Source: an uncultured delta proteobacterium (GTDB lineage Bacteria; Desulfobacterota; Binatia; UBA9968). Taken from it: a DNA stretch of 64,000 nucleotides. This document shows positions 40,533-51,412 of the stretch, in pieces. A program made the translations under genes and the position numbers. The stretch is taken from assembly GCA_963847445.1 (NCBI GenBank), contig CAWJZV010000014.1, forward strand, positions 32,001-96,000, given 5' to 3'. The number at the start of each line of letters is the position of its first letter. The stretch's first letter is position 1. The notes beneath the pieces are model-generated. The model ran no database searches, was not told the origin of the DNA, and saw nothing but the letters and a program-made list of their open reading frames with translations.

Positions 40533-41546
40533 ATGCAGCGCATGATCGTTATCGGCACCGGCCCCATTGGCGGCATCATCGGCGGCAGGCTGGCCCGCGC
40601 CGGCGCGGATATCACTTTCGTCGACATCGACCAGGAACATGTCAGCGCGATTCGTGAGAAAGGGCTGTATGTCGACGTCCCCGACGGCCCGTTCAACGTG
40701 AAGGCCAAAATCCTTTATCCCAACGAGCTTCATGAGATTGGCGGCAAGTTCGACATCGGCTTTATCGCCGTGCGATCGAACTATACGGCCGACGCTTTGA
40801 ACACCGTGTTGCCCCATCTCGCGCCCGACGGCCTGCTGGTGTCGATGCAAAACGGCATCAATCCGCCGCTGCTGCAAGAAAAAGTCGGCGCCGACCGCAC
40901 CCTCGGCATGGCGATCCGCATGGGCTGCCGCAAAATCGGCCCCGGCCATGTCCAGACCGACATCCGTGGCCACCTATACCTCGGCCACCTGCACGGCAAA
41001 ATCACGCCACGCTTGGAAGAGCTGCACAAGACCCTCAACGCAGTCATGGAAACGGATATCTCCGACAACATCCTTGGCGTGCTCTGGAGCAAGCTCACCT
41101 ACACCTGTCTCGGGTATTATGGCTCGCTAGCCGACGCGTCCTTGGCGACAACTTGCACGACCGAAGCCGACCGCCGCGCCCTGGCCGACTTCTTCGCCGA
41201 AATCGTCGCCGTCGGCGAAGCACTGGGCGTACACTGGATCAAGTTGGCGGAATACAACCCGGCCGACTTTCACCCAAGAAACTCCGCCGACAAACGGCTT
41301 GCCGCCGTCAACGACTTCGCAAAAACTTGGAAACCCGAAGACCGTAAAGGGCCGCTGCGCTACGTTCAGAAAAAGATCAGAACCGAAGTCGACTTCACGC
41401 TTGCCTATGTCGTTAGAGAAGGTGAAAAGCTGGGGATGAAGATGCCGCTGTGCAGTAAATTACTGGAGATATTTCGCGAGTTGGAAGCGGGCAAGAGGCA
41501 ATTTGGGCAGCAGAACTATGATGAGCTGGTGGCAACGGGGAGATAA
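40533..41546 (+). CDS. ketopantoate reductase (PanE/ApbA) family protein
   Basis: GTGPIGG, MQNG, WSKL, TEVD; GAGGAG RBS. Confidence 0.85.
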   Translation: MQRMIVIGTGPIGGIIGGRLARAGADITFVDIDQEHVSAIREKGLYVDVPDGPFNVKAKILYPNELHEIGGKFDIGFIAVRSNYTADALNTVLPHLAPDGLLVSMQNGINPPLLQEKVGADRTLGMAIRMGCRKIGPGHVQTDIRGHLYLGHLHGKITPRLEELHKTLNAVMETDISDNILGVLWSKLTYTCLGYYGSLADASLATTCTTEADRRALADFFAEIVAVGEALGVHWIKLAEYNPADFHPRNSADKRLAAVNDFAKTWKPEDRKGPLRYVQKKIRTEVDFTLAYVVREGEKLGMKMPLCSKLLEIFRELEAGKRQFGQQNYDELVATGR

Positions 41547-41591
41547 TTCAGCCGGGCGAAGCCATATGAATTCAATTCGAAAGGTTTGCCG

Positions 41592-41668
41592 GCTTGACGC
41601 CAAAACTCCAGCCGCCGTCTGCCTCCGCTTCGCTACCACAAGTCGGCGCTTGGAGCACATTGTTAGAC
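41592..41668 (-). mobile_element. attC-like integron recombination site
   Basis: R'' GTCTAAC 1 nt after the GFA stop, inner arms CTCCAAGCG..CG / CGGCTGGAG, R' GTCAAGC (degenerate); 77 bp. Confidence 0.7.
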
Positions 41669-41669
41669 T

Positions 41670-42068
41670 TCATAGATAGCTTGTGATCGGCGGGGCCGAT
41701 TGCCGGTCCTGCTTGCCGTCAATGTAAACAATCGGCGCTGCTGCAAGCTCCTCGGATGTTGCGTCTTCCAAGCAGCCCAAATTGACACCGTAAATTCTCT
41801 CCCCATCCGGCGTATTGCCAATGCCAAATGAGCGCACACCGCAGTGCTTGCAGAAGTAATGTTCGTTGCGCTTGGAGTTGAACAAGTATTTGGTTAGCAC
41901 AGTTTCGCCAGAAAGAAGGTGGAACGCTTCTGGTTTCACCACCGCGGGCCAGAAACGGGTCCTTGAGCAGATTGTACAGTTGCACCTATACGTCGCGGCA
42001 CTAAGGTCAATTTCAGCCTCGAAGCGAACTGCGCCGCAATGGCAACTACCTTTGTATGTCTTCAGCAT
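41670..42068 (-). CDS. GFA (CENP-V/glutathione-dependent formaldehyde-activating) family protein
   Basis: GSCHCGAVRF, CNCTIC, HYFCKHCG, VNLGCL. Confidence 0.92.
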   Translation of the reverse strand: MLKTYKGSCHCGAVRFEAEIDLSAATYRCNCTICSRTRFWPAVVKPEAFHLLSGETVLTKYLFNSKRNEHYFCKHCGVRSFGIGNTPDGERIYGVNLGCLEDATSEELAAAPIVYIDGKQDRQSAPPITSYL

Positions 42069-42276
42069 TCTTTGATCCCCGTAGGCGCCTTTGAATGAGG
42101 TCTAACCAATAATATCTGGTTCCGTATCAGATCATCAAAACTTCTGTAGCGTACGATTCACAAATACCGATTGAAATCGCTTTTACTGCTGAAACAAGAA
42201 CTTGTAAAGGTATATTGAAAAGTCGATCCGACAAAAGCTGAAGCTGTTTCCGTCAATTCGCAGCTAGCCAGAAGCG

Positions 42277-42306
42277 TTGACATCGAAACCACCTTTCCAC
42301 TACTCT
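42277..42306 (+). promoter_or_regulatory. sigma70-type promoter
   Basis: TTGACA-N18-TACTCT, 50 nt upstream of the 42356 ATG. Confidence 0.55.
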
Positions 42307-42355
42307 CGGTAATGATACAGCGCCTCGGAATTCCAATTCAAAAGGACATCAACCC

Positions 42356-43216
42356 ATGAGCGATCAACTTTACAAAGGCTTCCGCCCGGACGAGATGGAG
42401 TATCAGTACAACCCGCGCGAGTCGGTGCCGGAGTATCCGGAGCTGGCGAAGGTGCGCGCGGCGCAGGCGAAGAAAGTCCGCGAGACGGCGAAGTCTTGGC
42501 TGAATATTTCGTATGGCAGCTCGCCGCGCGAAACGTTGGATATTTACGCCGCCGACAAGCCCGGCGGGCCGGTGCTGGTCTACATTCACGGCGGCTACTG
42601 GCGCAGCGGCAGCAAGGATGACAACTGCAACTTCGTGCCGACCTTCACCAAGCGCGGCGCTACCGTCGTGTTGGTGGAATACGATCTTTGCCCGCAGGTC
42701 ACGGTCACCGACATTGTCCGGCAGACCCGCGCCAGTATCGCCTGGGTCTGTAACAACATCATGCGCTACAGCGGCGATCCGTCGCGCATCTTCGTCTCGG
42801 GCCACTCCGCCGGCAGCCATCTCACCGCCATGGCGCTGGCGCATGATTGGACGAAGGAAGGTCTACCGCTGGATTGCATCAAAGGCGCCGTCGCGACATC
42901 CGGCGTTTTCGATCTCGACATGGTGATGAAGATCAGCGTCCAGGAACAAGTGCGCATGACACCGGAAGCCGCGAAGCTCAACAGTCCTTTACTGAATCCG
43001 CCCAAAGTAAAATGTCCGCTGGTGGTCGCCGTCGGCAGCGCCGAACCTAAAGGCTGGCAGCAAATGTCGGAAGATTATTTCAACTATTGCAAACAACAGG
43101 GCATGAACGCCGACTATCTCGTCGTCCCGGGCGCGAACCATTACACCATGTCGGCGAAGTTATTGGACGAGAGCAACCCGCTGACCCAGGCGATGATCAA
43201 GCAGATGAAAATATAA
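42356..43216 (+). CDS. alpha/beta hydrolase, arylformamidase (kynurenine formamidase)-like
   Basis: YIHGGYW, YDLCP, GHSAG, SGVFDL, NH. Confidence 0.85.
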   Translation: MSDQLYKGFRPDEMEYQYNPRESVPEYPELAKVRAAQAKKVRETAKSWLNISYGSSPRETLDIYAADKPGGPVLVYIHGGYWRSGSKDDNCNFVPTFTKRGATVVLVEYDLCPQVTVTDIVRQTRASIAWVCNNIMRYSGDPSRIFVSGHSAGSHLTAMALAHDWTKEGLPLDCIKGAVATSGVFDLDMVMKISVQEQVRMTPEAAKLNSPLLNPPKVKCPLVVAVGSAEPKGWQQMSEDYFNYCKQQGMNADYLVVPGANHYTMSAKLLDESNPLTQAMIKQMKI

Positions 43217-43227
43217 ACCGAACAAAT

Positions 43228-43363
43228 CGGTTCCAATGGTTCCAAATGTTCCAGTCGTTCCAATTGTAAAGCCCATGCGCAATCAAGCTGGCTTTCTCGG
43301 TTGAATATGGAATTGAGTTCCGAAACTTTGGAACGTCTGGAACCATTGGAACATTTGGAACGA
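43228..43363. repeat. TGGAACNNN 9-nt periodic repeats as inverted arms
   Basis: gttccaatg gttccaaat gttccagtc gttccaa ... ttggaacgt ctggaacca ttggaacat ttggaac. Confidence 0.8.
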
Positions 43364-43383
43364 GTTCAAGGAGAAGTCTAACC

Positions 43384-44217
43384 ATGCCCAACGTAAATCT
43401 ACCCACAGGCGCCAATCTCTATTACGAAACCCATGGCCAGGGCGAGCCGCTGGTGTTGATACCGTCGACGGCGTTTTCCTGCGAAGTGTGGAAACCGTCG
43501 CAGTTGCCGCTGGCGCAGTCGACACAGCTGATCTTGCACGATCCGCGCGGCTGCGGCCGCACCACTGAAACGCAGAAAGTTTACACCATCAATCAGATGG
43601 CCAACGATGTCGTCGCCCTGCTCGATCATTTGAAAATTCCGTCGGCGCATCTTTGCGGCCACTCCATGGGCGGGCGCATCGCGCTGGAGATGGCGCTCAA
43701 TTTTCCCGGCCGGGTGAAGAGTTTGATCATGGCCGCCAGCGGTTCGGGCCAAGCGGCGCGGCCGGGACCGGACTGCATTCCCGGTCTTCCTCATTGGCTG
43801 GTGATCCGTCTTGTCGAAAAAGGCTTCGAGCGCGCGTTACGCGAGGAGTTTTGCGACACCGATGCATTTTTCACCAAAGACTTTCGCCAGCGCCATCCGG
43901 AAAAAGTCGAAGCATTTTTTCAGACAGCTTATGCCACCCACGCCAAGCTGCCGGAGTTCATTCATTTGATTATCGCGCGGCACAACTGGGAGGCGACCCA
44001 TCGTCTCGGCGACGTGCGGTGCCCGACGCTGGTATTCATCGGCGACCATGACTCGGCGCGCAGCAATCATCTCGCTCAAGCCGAAGCGCTCCGCACTCGC
44101 ATCGCCAATGCCGAACTACATGTGTTCAAAGGCCAATCCCACGGCTTTTTCTGGCAAGCGCCGGAAGAGACCAATCAAGCGATTGGCGATTGGGTAAAGC
44201 GACACAGCACCAGCTAA
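43384..44217 (+). CDS. alpha/beta hydrolase
   Basis: GHSMGG, SHGFFWQAPE; close paralog of 857-1691. Confidence 0.9.
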   Translation: MPNVNLPTGANLYYETHGQGEPLVLIPSTAFSCEVWKPSQLPLAQSTQLILHDPRGCGRTTETQKVYTINQMANDVVALLDHLKIPSAHLCGHSMGGRIALEMALNFPGRVKSLIMAASGSGQAARPGPDCIPGLPHWLVIRLVEKGFERALREEFCDTDAFFTKDFRQRHPEKVEAFFQTAYATHAKLPEFIHLIIARHNWEATHRLGDVRCPTLVFIGDHDSARSNHLAQAEALRTRIANAELHVFKGQSHGFFWQAPEETNQAIGDWVKRHSTS

Positions 44218-44679
44218 GGCCTCCCACTCACGACCCTATACACAAAGACGGATTGGCCATAAGAAACTCCTGGCTCGGCAATCCTAATTCCACGTAGTCT
44301 ATCGAGACGTTAACTTCGCGCTCATCCGTAGGCGATCCTGCCGTGGGATCAATTCTGCCCCTGCGTCGAGGCTGTCGGCGGACCTCCGGGCAGATTGCGG
44401 GTTGCCATCCAAACACGCGATAAAATTAATCTTTTTGCCTTATCCAAAGGCGCCGCTTGATACTGACAGCTAAGCATATTACTGCCCTAAAAGCAGCGCT
44501 CCCTGGCACCATTGGGGGTATGATTTGCGTTGCTTGCAGGAGCAGCCGACTTTGAGAATTAATCCCACTCGCCGACGTCAATTGTTTTGTAACACGAAGG
44601 TGGATTGTTTTACTTGACATAACGGTCGTATTTAATGCTAAGTTTAAAAAGCCTTCAACCATGACCGAGACGGTGGCCC

Positions 44680-45994
44680 ATGGCAGAGCGGACAACAGCA
44701 ATGTTCTCCTATAGTCGGATACAGCGGCTCGTCCAGGAAGGCCGCTACGATGATGCGATTGCCATGCTTTCGCGGCGGGTCGAATGCCAGCCACTGGATC
44801 GCGCGGCTCGGCTGTTGTTGTTGTTTGCCAACATGTCCAAATTCGGCCCCGGCGAGTTCAAGCGACAAATTGAAGAAATCAGGTTCATCGACGATCTTTC
44901 CGGCAACGAGCGGTATATCGTCCAGCAAATTTTTCTTGTCGGTTTCAGACATGCTGCGCAGGAAGGTCGCACGATTCAAAAAATGGCCTATCAATGTCTC
45001 ATCAGACGGCTCATGTCGAGGCAGCCTCTCGATGTGTCGATTAGCGAGGCTCAGGAGATCGAAGAAGAGTCCAGTAACCCTTCTTTCGCCGAAGGTATCC
45101 CACAGACTTTGGGCTTTTCGGGAATGAACTGCGATGAGGCCGAGTCAGAGATCGCTCCGGTATCGCCTCCACGGATCCGGCGCTGGAGCCACCACGCGAT
45201 GATCGGAGCGGGCGCGATGATTATCATCGTTCTTTCAGGCTTCTATGTCGCCAGCGGACACAAAACACCATTAGCACAGCAGCCGTCACGCGCCGCTTGC
45301 TCTCGTTGACGGCGGTGTTCAAATTGAGACCGGCGCGGATCGCAATCCACCCGCCGTCGTCTTGGCGCCGACATTTACCGCGGAGCCAGCAAGACGGCTT
45401 ATCGTCGGCCAGCTCGGAAAATTGAAACGCGCCTATGCCCGCTGGTCCAAAGCGAATCCCTTCACCAGCGGAACCGTGTCGCTTAAGCTCAGCATCGAAC
45501 CGTCAGGAAAAATCGCCAAAGTCGAGGAAGTGCTCTCCAGACTATCGGAACACCATTTCCTCGACGTGGTCGTCGCCGAGGTAAAACAGTGGAAACTCCC
45601 GCTGGGCGGCAAAAAGACCGCCGAGATCTCGGTGCCGCTGATTTTCATACCTGCTAAGGCTGGACCAGCACAGCCGGCGGCAGGAGGAAAATCTCGCAAA
45701 CCTGGCGTGGCGCGCCAAGACGGCCGCCCGACAACGCGTACGAGCTTCGCGGCGGTCAAACGCAAACTCGCCGCCACGTCTACCATCCCGGAGAGTGAAA
45801 CTGAAATCGTCTACACCGCTGCGCTCAAACACGCACCGCGCTTCGCCGCCGACGTGATCGAAGAAGTCGGCCTGGGGACGCGCGTGACGGTGCTGCGCAA
45901 AGAGCGCGATTGGATCAAAGTTAAGGTGAACGATTCAGGCAAGGTCGGTTATCTGCGCAAGGAATATTTGGCGGCCGTCGACACCCTTGATTAG
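44680..45994 (+). CDS. membrane protein with TonB-C/AgmX-PglI-like domain and C-terminal SH3 domain (frameshift near 45295)
   Basis: Helical N-terminus, TM AMIGAGAMIIIVLSGFYVA, SGTVSLKLSIEPSGKI...VKQWKLP...ISVPLIF, GTRVTVL..ERDWIKV...GKVGYL. Confidence 0.65.
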
Positions 45995-46106
45995 ACCCTC
46001 GCAGCGCACGCAAGCCTGAGCCGCCACTATCTATTGCCGATCTCCTACCAGGCTGCTGAAATAGACCAGCCTGCAGTTCGTCCTGAGACCAACGATTACG
46101 AACCGT

Positions 46107-48085
46107 CTACCGCGCCGGAGCATTGACACCGCCGGGCGTGGCGATCGTCTTAGCATGGCTGCGGGCGAGCCATTCCACGGCTACCAATAAGACAGCTAGC
46201 ACCAAGCCAATGCCATTGGACGCCCAGGTCAAACTAGCGAACTTGCCGCTGTGAACCACCGGGATGAGCAAACCGATCGCGGCGATGACAAACAGCCACC
46301 GTTTGACTGTGCCCACCGTGCCGAAACAAATAGCCGACAATGCCGACGCCGAGGAGTATCGAACCGATGATCGCGGTGACCACCGAAAGCACCACCTCGT
46401 ACCAGTGGCCGATCAACAAAAGCGATGGCGAGAAGACAAATAAGAACGGCACGATGTAGGCGATACTACAGAGCTTCATCGCCTCCCAACCGGTTTGCAC
46501 CGGGTCGGTCTTGCCGATGGATGGCGGCGGCGTAGCTCGCCATGCACACCGGCGGCGTCACCATGCTCAGCATGCCAAAGTAGAAAATAAACAGATGCGC
46601 GGCGATCGGCACGATGCCGAGCTTCGCCAAGCCCGGCGCCACCAAAACGGCGAGCAATACGTAGACAGCCGTCGTCGGCATGCCCATGCCGAGAATAATG
46701 CTGACAATGGCCGTAAGCACGAGCAGCAACAGCGCATTGCTTTGACCGATGTTGAGCAAGGTCAACGTCAGAGTGAAACCGAGCCCGGTGAGTTGCAAGA
46801 CACCGATGACCACGCCCGCAAGTCCGGTGATCGCAACGATCTCCAACATGCCGCGGCCAGCGTTAGTGAGAATCTTCAGAGATCCCGCTCCAGCCGATTT
46901 TCACCCCTGGGGTAAGAAAGCCGACGATGAGCGCCGCCAGCGCGCGCCGAGCAATCCCGCCTCTTCCGGCCGGCGATTGAGAAAAAACATCCAGTAGATC
47001 AGCACTGCGAGCGGCACGACGAAGCTCGCCGAGCGTTTGAGCACGGGCAGCAGATGCGGCACTTCTTCACGCGGCAGGCCGTGAATGCCGTTGCGCGCCG
47101 CCAGGAGATCGACCTGGATGAACAGCGTCGACGTAATAAAGGATCGCCGGCACCGCGCGGCGAGGGCCACCTGGGCGTAGGGGATCTGCAAATATTCCGC
47201 GATCAAGAACGCCGCCGCGCCCATCACCGGCGGCATGATCTGTCCGCCGGTGGAAGCGGTGGCTTCGATGGCCGCCGCCTGCGGCGCCGGATAACCGGCT
47301 TTCTTCATCATCGGAATCGTGAACGCGCCGTCGACGACCACGTTGGCCACGGCGCTGCCGCTGATGTTGCCGAACAAACTCGACGACACGATGGCGATCT
47401 TCGCCTGGCCGCCGCGAAAGCGCCCCATCAAGCGCGAGCGAGAAATCGCTCAAAAACTCGGCGCCGCCGACGACGTAGAGCACTTCGCCGAAGATGACGA
47501 ATACAATGACGATGCTGACGCCCACCTGCAGCGCCTGGCCGAAAATCCCGTTGGCATCGAGATAAAGATAGGTCGCCAAGCCGACTGATCGACCAGCCCT
47601 TGCCGTAAAAATCGCCCGGAAAGATATAGGCGAAGTAGGCGTAGAGCAGAAAACAGCTGGCGATGATGACCAACGGCCAGCCCACCAGCCGGCGCGATGC
47701 TTCGGCGAGCAACAGGATCGTCACGCAGCCGAGAATCACCCGCTCCGTGGAGATATCGCCCAGCGAATTGACGATCGACGGGATAGAAAATAAAAATGTA
47801 GAGCCCGACCGCGAAGCCAGCCATCGACGCGAGGATATCGTACCAGGGAACGACAGTACGGCCGACGGTCGGTTTGACCGGAATCAAGATATAGGTCGCG
47901 CATAAGCCGAGACCGAGAAACAGCCCCATGTACTGCTCGTTGAAAACCAACCAGCCGATATATTGCGGCACGTTGAGTAGAAAAAACATGCCGGTCAGCG
48001 GGATCGCGATGAGCAGCACCGCGCCCTAGCCCGTCGGCAACGCCGCTCAACTTCCGCGTCCGCGCACGCTTTCTTCGATCTCCAC
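46107..48085 (-). CDS. TRAP transporter fused 4TM/12TM permease (TAXI type), several frameshifts
   Basis: GNISGSAVANV, ASTGGQIMPPVMGAAAF, LGMGMPTTAVY, VTPPV; AGGAG before GTG 48085. Confidence 0.9.
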
Positions 48086-48180
48086 TAGGCTCTCCTTGTC
48101 ACCGTGACACGGAAATAGCCTTGAGCTGCGATGCGTTGACTATCGGCTCCACGATCAATTCATCGCAATTTCACCTTTCA

Positions 48181-49206
48181 TCAGCCGCAGATCTCTTTGC
48201 TCCTTGCGTCTTGCTTGGCGCCCCAAACCTTCGCTTCCTTGTAAAACTGGATCGCCCCCGAATGATAAGGCACGGTGAAGTTGGTCAGCGCCTGCATGTC
48301 TTTGGGCCATTTCTTGAAGAGCGGATGGATCGTCTGCAGCTCCGGCAAATTATCCCACCAGGCCTTCAACATCGTGTAGACGGTCTTGTCGCTGACGTTG
48401 GTCATGCTCGCCAAATGCAGCGGATAACCGATGACGTAGGTTTCGCCCTTGATGCCGGCGGCTGGGTCCGATTTAACCACCGATGCGCCGTAGCGGCCAA
48501 GGATTTTATTCGCCGCCGGCGTGTTCGCCATGCTCAAGAAACGCACGGCCTCCATGGCGTTGGCCTCTTCGACGACACCGATCCCCACCGCCGTGAACGC
48601 CGCGTCGACTTTTCCTTCGGGCACGGCGCGCACGCCGTCATTCAAATTCGACACCCGCACTTGCTGCACGTCGGCAGGTTTCAGACCGCTCGCTTCCATC
48701 ACCGCCAACTGCCAGGTTTGATTGATCGCATGGCCGCCGTAATCCCAGGCGACCCGCTTGCCTTTGAGGTCGGCCATCTGTTTGATGTCCGACTTGTCTT
48801 TAACGATGAGTCCCGCGGTAAATGGAAACACACCGCCAGCGACGATGCGAAGACCCGGATAGGCTTTTTTATAGTTGCCGGTGCCGGTCGCGGCCATGTT
48901 GGAATCGAGAATATTGATGATGCCGAACTCGATCTCGCCGCTTTCGAGCAGCGGCATCCAGGCGTTGGGACCATTGTAAGGCTGCACCTTCGCCGACACT
49001 TGGGTTGTCTTGCTGGCGATCGCCGCCAGGCCCGACGCGATCGCATGGGCGCCGGTGCCGGCCGGGTTAGTGCCGATGGCGAGGGTGCGTGGCAGTTGAA
49101 TGCTCTTATTGGCGGTCGGCCCACAGTCGAGCTTGGCCTCGACGACTTGAACTTGCGCCACGACTAGCAGAAGCGCCAACGTTAAAGCGAATCCCTTCTT
49201 AACCAT
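48181..49206 (-). CDS. TAXI family TRAP solute-binding protein (copy 5)
   Basis: IGTNPAGT, DLKGKRV, PYHSGAIQFYKE. Confidence 0.9.
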   Translation of the reverse strand: MVKKGFALTLALLLVVAQVQVVEAKLDCGPTANKSIQLPRTLAIGTNPAGTGAHAIASGLAAIASKTTQVSAKVQPYNGPNAWMPLLESGEIEFGIINILDSNMAATGTGNYKKAYPGLRIVAGGVFPFTAGLIVKDKSDIKQMADLKGKRVAWDYGGHAINQTWQLAVMEASGLKPADVQQVRVSNLNDGVRAVPEGKVDAAFTAVGIGVVEEANAMEAVRFLSMANTPAANKILGRYGASVVKSDPAAGIKGETYVIGYPLHLASMTNVSDKTVYTMLKAWWDNLPELQTIHPLFKKWPKDMQALTNFTVPYHSGAIQFYKEAKVWGAKQDARSKEICG

Positions 49207-49239
49207 TATCACTCCTTTACTCCAATACTCCATTTTTAT

Positions 49240-50287
49240 TTACCCGCAGATCTCTTTCGTGCGCGCATCATGCTTCGCGCCCCACACGCTGGCTTCCTTG
49301 TAAAACTTCACCGCGCCGTCATGATAGGGCACGGTGAAGTTGGTGATCGCCTGGACATCCTTAGTCCATTTTTTAAATTGCGGATGGATGGTTTGCAGCT
49401 CGGCTAAATTATCCCACCATGCTTTGAGCAGCGTCGCCACGGTTTTGTCGTTGACTTTGGTCGAGCTCGCCAGATGCAGCGGATAACCGATCACCGTGGT
49501 CTCAGCCCGGATACCCGCTGTCGGCTCTTGCTTGGCGATCGATCCGCCGTATTTGGCGAGGATTTTGTTGGACGCGGCCGTATTCGGCAAGTTTAGAAAG
49601 CGGATCGGCTCCATGGCGTTGGCCTCTTCATTGATGCCGATACCGATAGCGGCGAAGGTCGCGTCCACCTTACCTTCCGGCACGCCGCGGATCGCGTCGT
49701 TCAAGTTGGAGAATCGCACTTGTGTCACATCGCTCGCTTTGATCCCCAAGACTTCCATCGCCGCGTTCTGCCAGGTCTGAGTGATCGCGTGGCCGCCAAA
49801 ATCCCAGGCCATGCGCTTGCCCTTCAAATCGGCGCCCGTCTTAATTTCCGATTTATCGCGCACCATGATGCTGCCGGTAAACGGAAATACGCCGCCGGAG
49901 ACGATGCGAATCGTCGGATAGGCTTTTTTGTAATTGCCGGTGCCGGTGGCCGCCATGTTGGAATCGAGAATATTGATGATGCCGAACTCGAGCTCGCCCT
50001 GTTCCAATAAGCGGCATCCAGGCGTTGGGACCGTTGTAGGGCTGCACCTTGGCCGACATGGTCGTTACCTTGCTCGCCACCGCGGACAGCCCGGAAGCCA
50101 GCGCATGGGCGCCGGTGCCCGGCAAATTGGACGCGATCGCCACCGTGCGCGGCAAGGCGATGCTCTTGTCCGCCGTCGGGCTGCAATCGAGTTTTGCCTC
50201 CGCGCTGCCGTGGAAATACCCAAGGGGCGAAAACACAAACATCATCGCCATCGACAGCGAAACTACAATAGAATGTTTTCTTCTCAT
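49240..50287 (-). CDS. TAXI family TRAP solute-binding protein (copy 4, frameshift near 50008)
   Basis: Same motifs; PYHDGAVKFYKE. Confidence 0.88.
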
Positions 50288-50324
50288 CGCTCCAGTGCTC
50301 CTTTACTCCATCACTCCACTCTTC

Positions 50325-51374
50325 TCATCCGCAGATTTCTTTCGTCCGCGCGTCATGCTTGGCACCCCATACCCCGGCATCCTTGTAAAACTTCACCGCG
50401 CCGGGGTGGTAGGGAATCGTGAAATTGGTGATCGCTTGAACATCTTTGGTGAACTGCTTGAACAGCGGATGGATCGTCTGCAGCTCGGCGTGGTTATCCC
50501 ACCACGCTTTGAGCACCGCCATGACGGTCCGCTCATTGACTTTGGTCGACGTCAGCAGGTGCAGCGGGTAACCGATAATGTTGGTATCGCCGCGAATGCC
50601 CGTGGCCGCTTCTGCTTTGACCACCGACGCGCCAAGTTTCGCAAGTATCTTGCCGTTCGCATCGCTGTTAGGGATGGTGAGAAAACGCACCGGCTCCTGG
50701 GCATTGGCCTCTTCATTAAGGCCGGTGCCAAGCGATGCGTAGGTTGCATCGACTCTCCCCTCGGCAACACCGCGAATGCCGTCGTTGGAAGTGGTCAACC
50801 GAACCTGAATGATGTCGGATGGTTTTATTCCGCCGGTTTCCAAGGCGGCGTTGAGCAAAGCCTGGATCACGGCATGGCCGCCAAAATCCCACGCCAGCCG
50901 TTTTCCCTTTAGATCGCTAACCTGGCGAATGTCGGATTTGTCGCGCACCATGATGCCGCCGGTAAATGGAAACACCCCGCCGGTGAGCACGCGCAGACTC
51001 GGATAGGCTTTCTTGTATGTCCCAGTGCCGGTCATCGCCATGTACGCGTCGAGAATATTGATGATGCCAACCTCCAGCTCGCCGCTTTCGAGCAGCGGGA
51101 CAAACGTATTCGGCCCGGCGTAAGGCTGCACTTTGGCGATGATCGGAGTCGCCTTGCTTGCCACCGCGGCTAACCCTGAGCCTAAAGAAAATGCTCCCGT
51201 ACCCGCCGGGCTTGTGCCGATGGCGACGCTGCGCGCGAGATCGTTACCCTTGTTGACCACCAGTCCGCAGTCAACCTTGGCGCTGGCGCTCGTGATCAGA
51301 GAAGCCTGCGCAACTAACAGCAAAGCAACAACGTTCAAGGCAACGAACTTTGCACAACGCTCTCTGAGTACCAT
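50325..51374 (-). CDS. TAXI family TRAP solute-binding protein (copy 3)
   Basis: IGTSPAGT, PYHPGAVKFYKD. Confidence 0.9.
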   Translation of the reverse strand: MVLRERCAKFVALNVVALLLVAQASLITSASAKVDCGLVVNKGNDLARSVAIGTSPAGTGAFSLGSGLAAVASKATPIIAKVQPYAGPNTFVPLLESGELEVGIINILDAYMAMTGTGTYKKAYPSLRVLTGGVFPFTGGIMVRDKSDIRQVSDLKGKRLAWDFGGHAVIQALLNAALETGGIKPSDIIQVRLTTSNDGIRGVAEGRVDATYASLGTGLNEEANAQEPVRFLTIPNSDANGKILAKLGASVVKAEAATGIRGDTNIIGYPLHLLTSTKVNERTVMAVLKAWWDNHAELQTIHPLFKQFTKDVQAITNFTIPYHPGAVKFYKDAGVWGAKHDARTKEICG

Positions 51375-51412
51375 CACTCCAATACTCCTTTACTCCATCA
51401 CTCCATTTCTTC

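Noticed and set aside
44614-44645. TTGACA promoter candidate upstream of 44680
   Set aside because: No good -10 hexamer at 16-18 nt spacing
46049-46073. caggctgctgaaatagaccagcctg resembling an IS end
   Set aside because: A single short hairpin with no transposase or partner end; could simply act as a terminator between convergent genes
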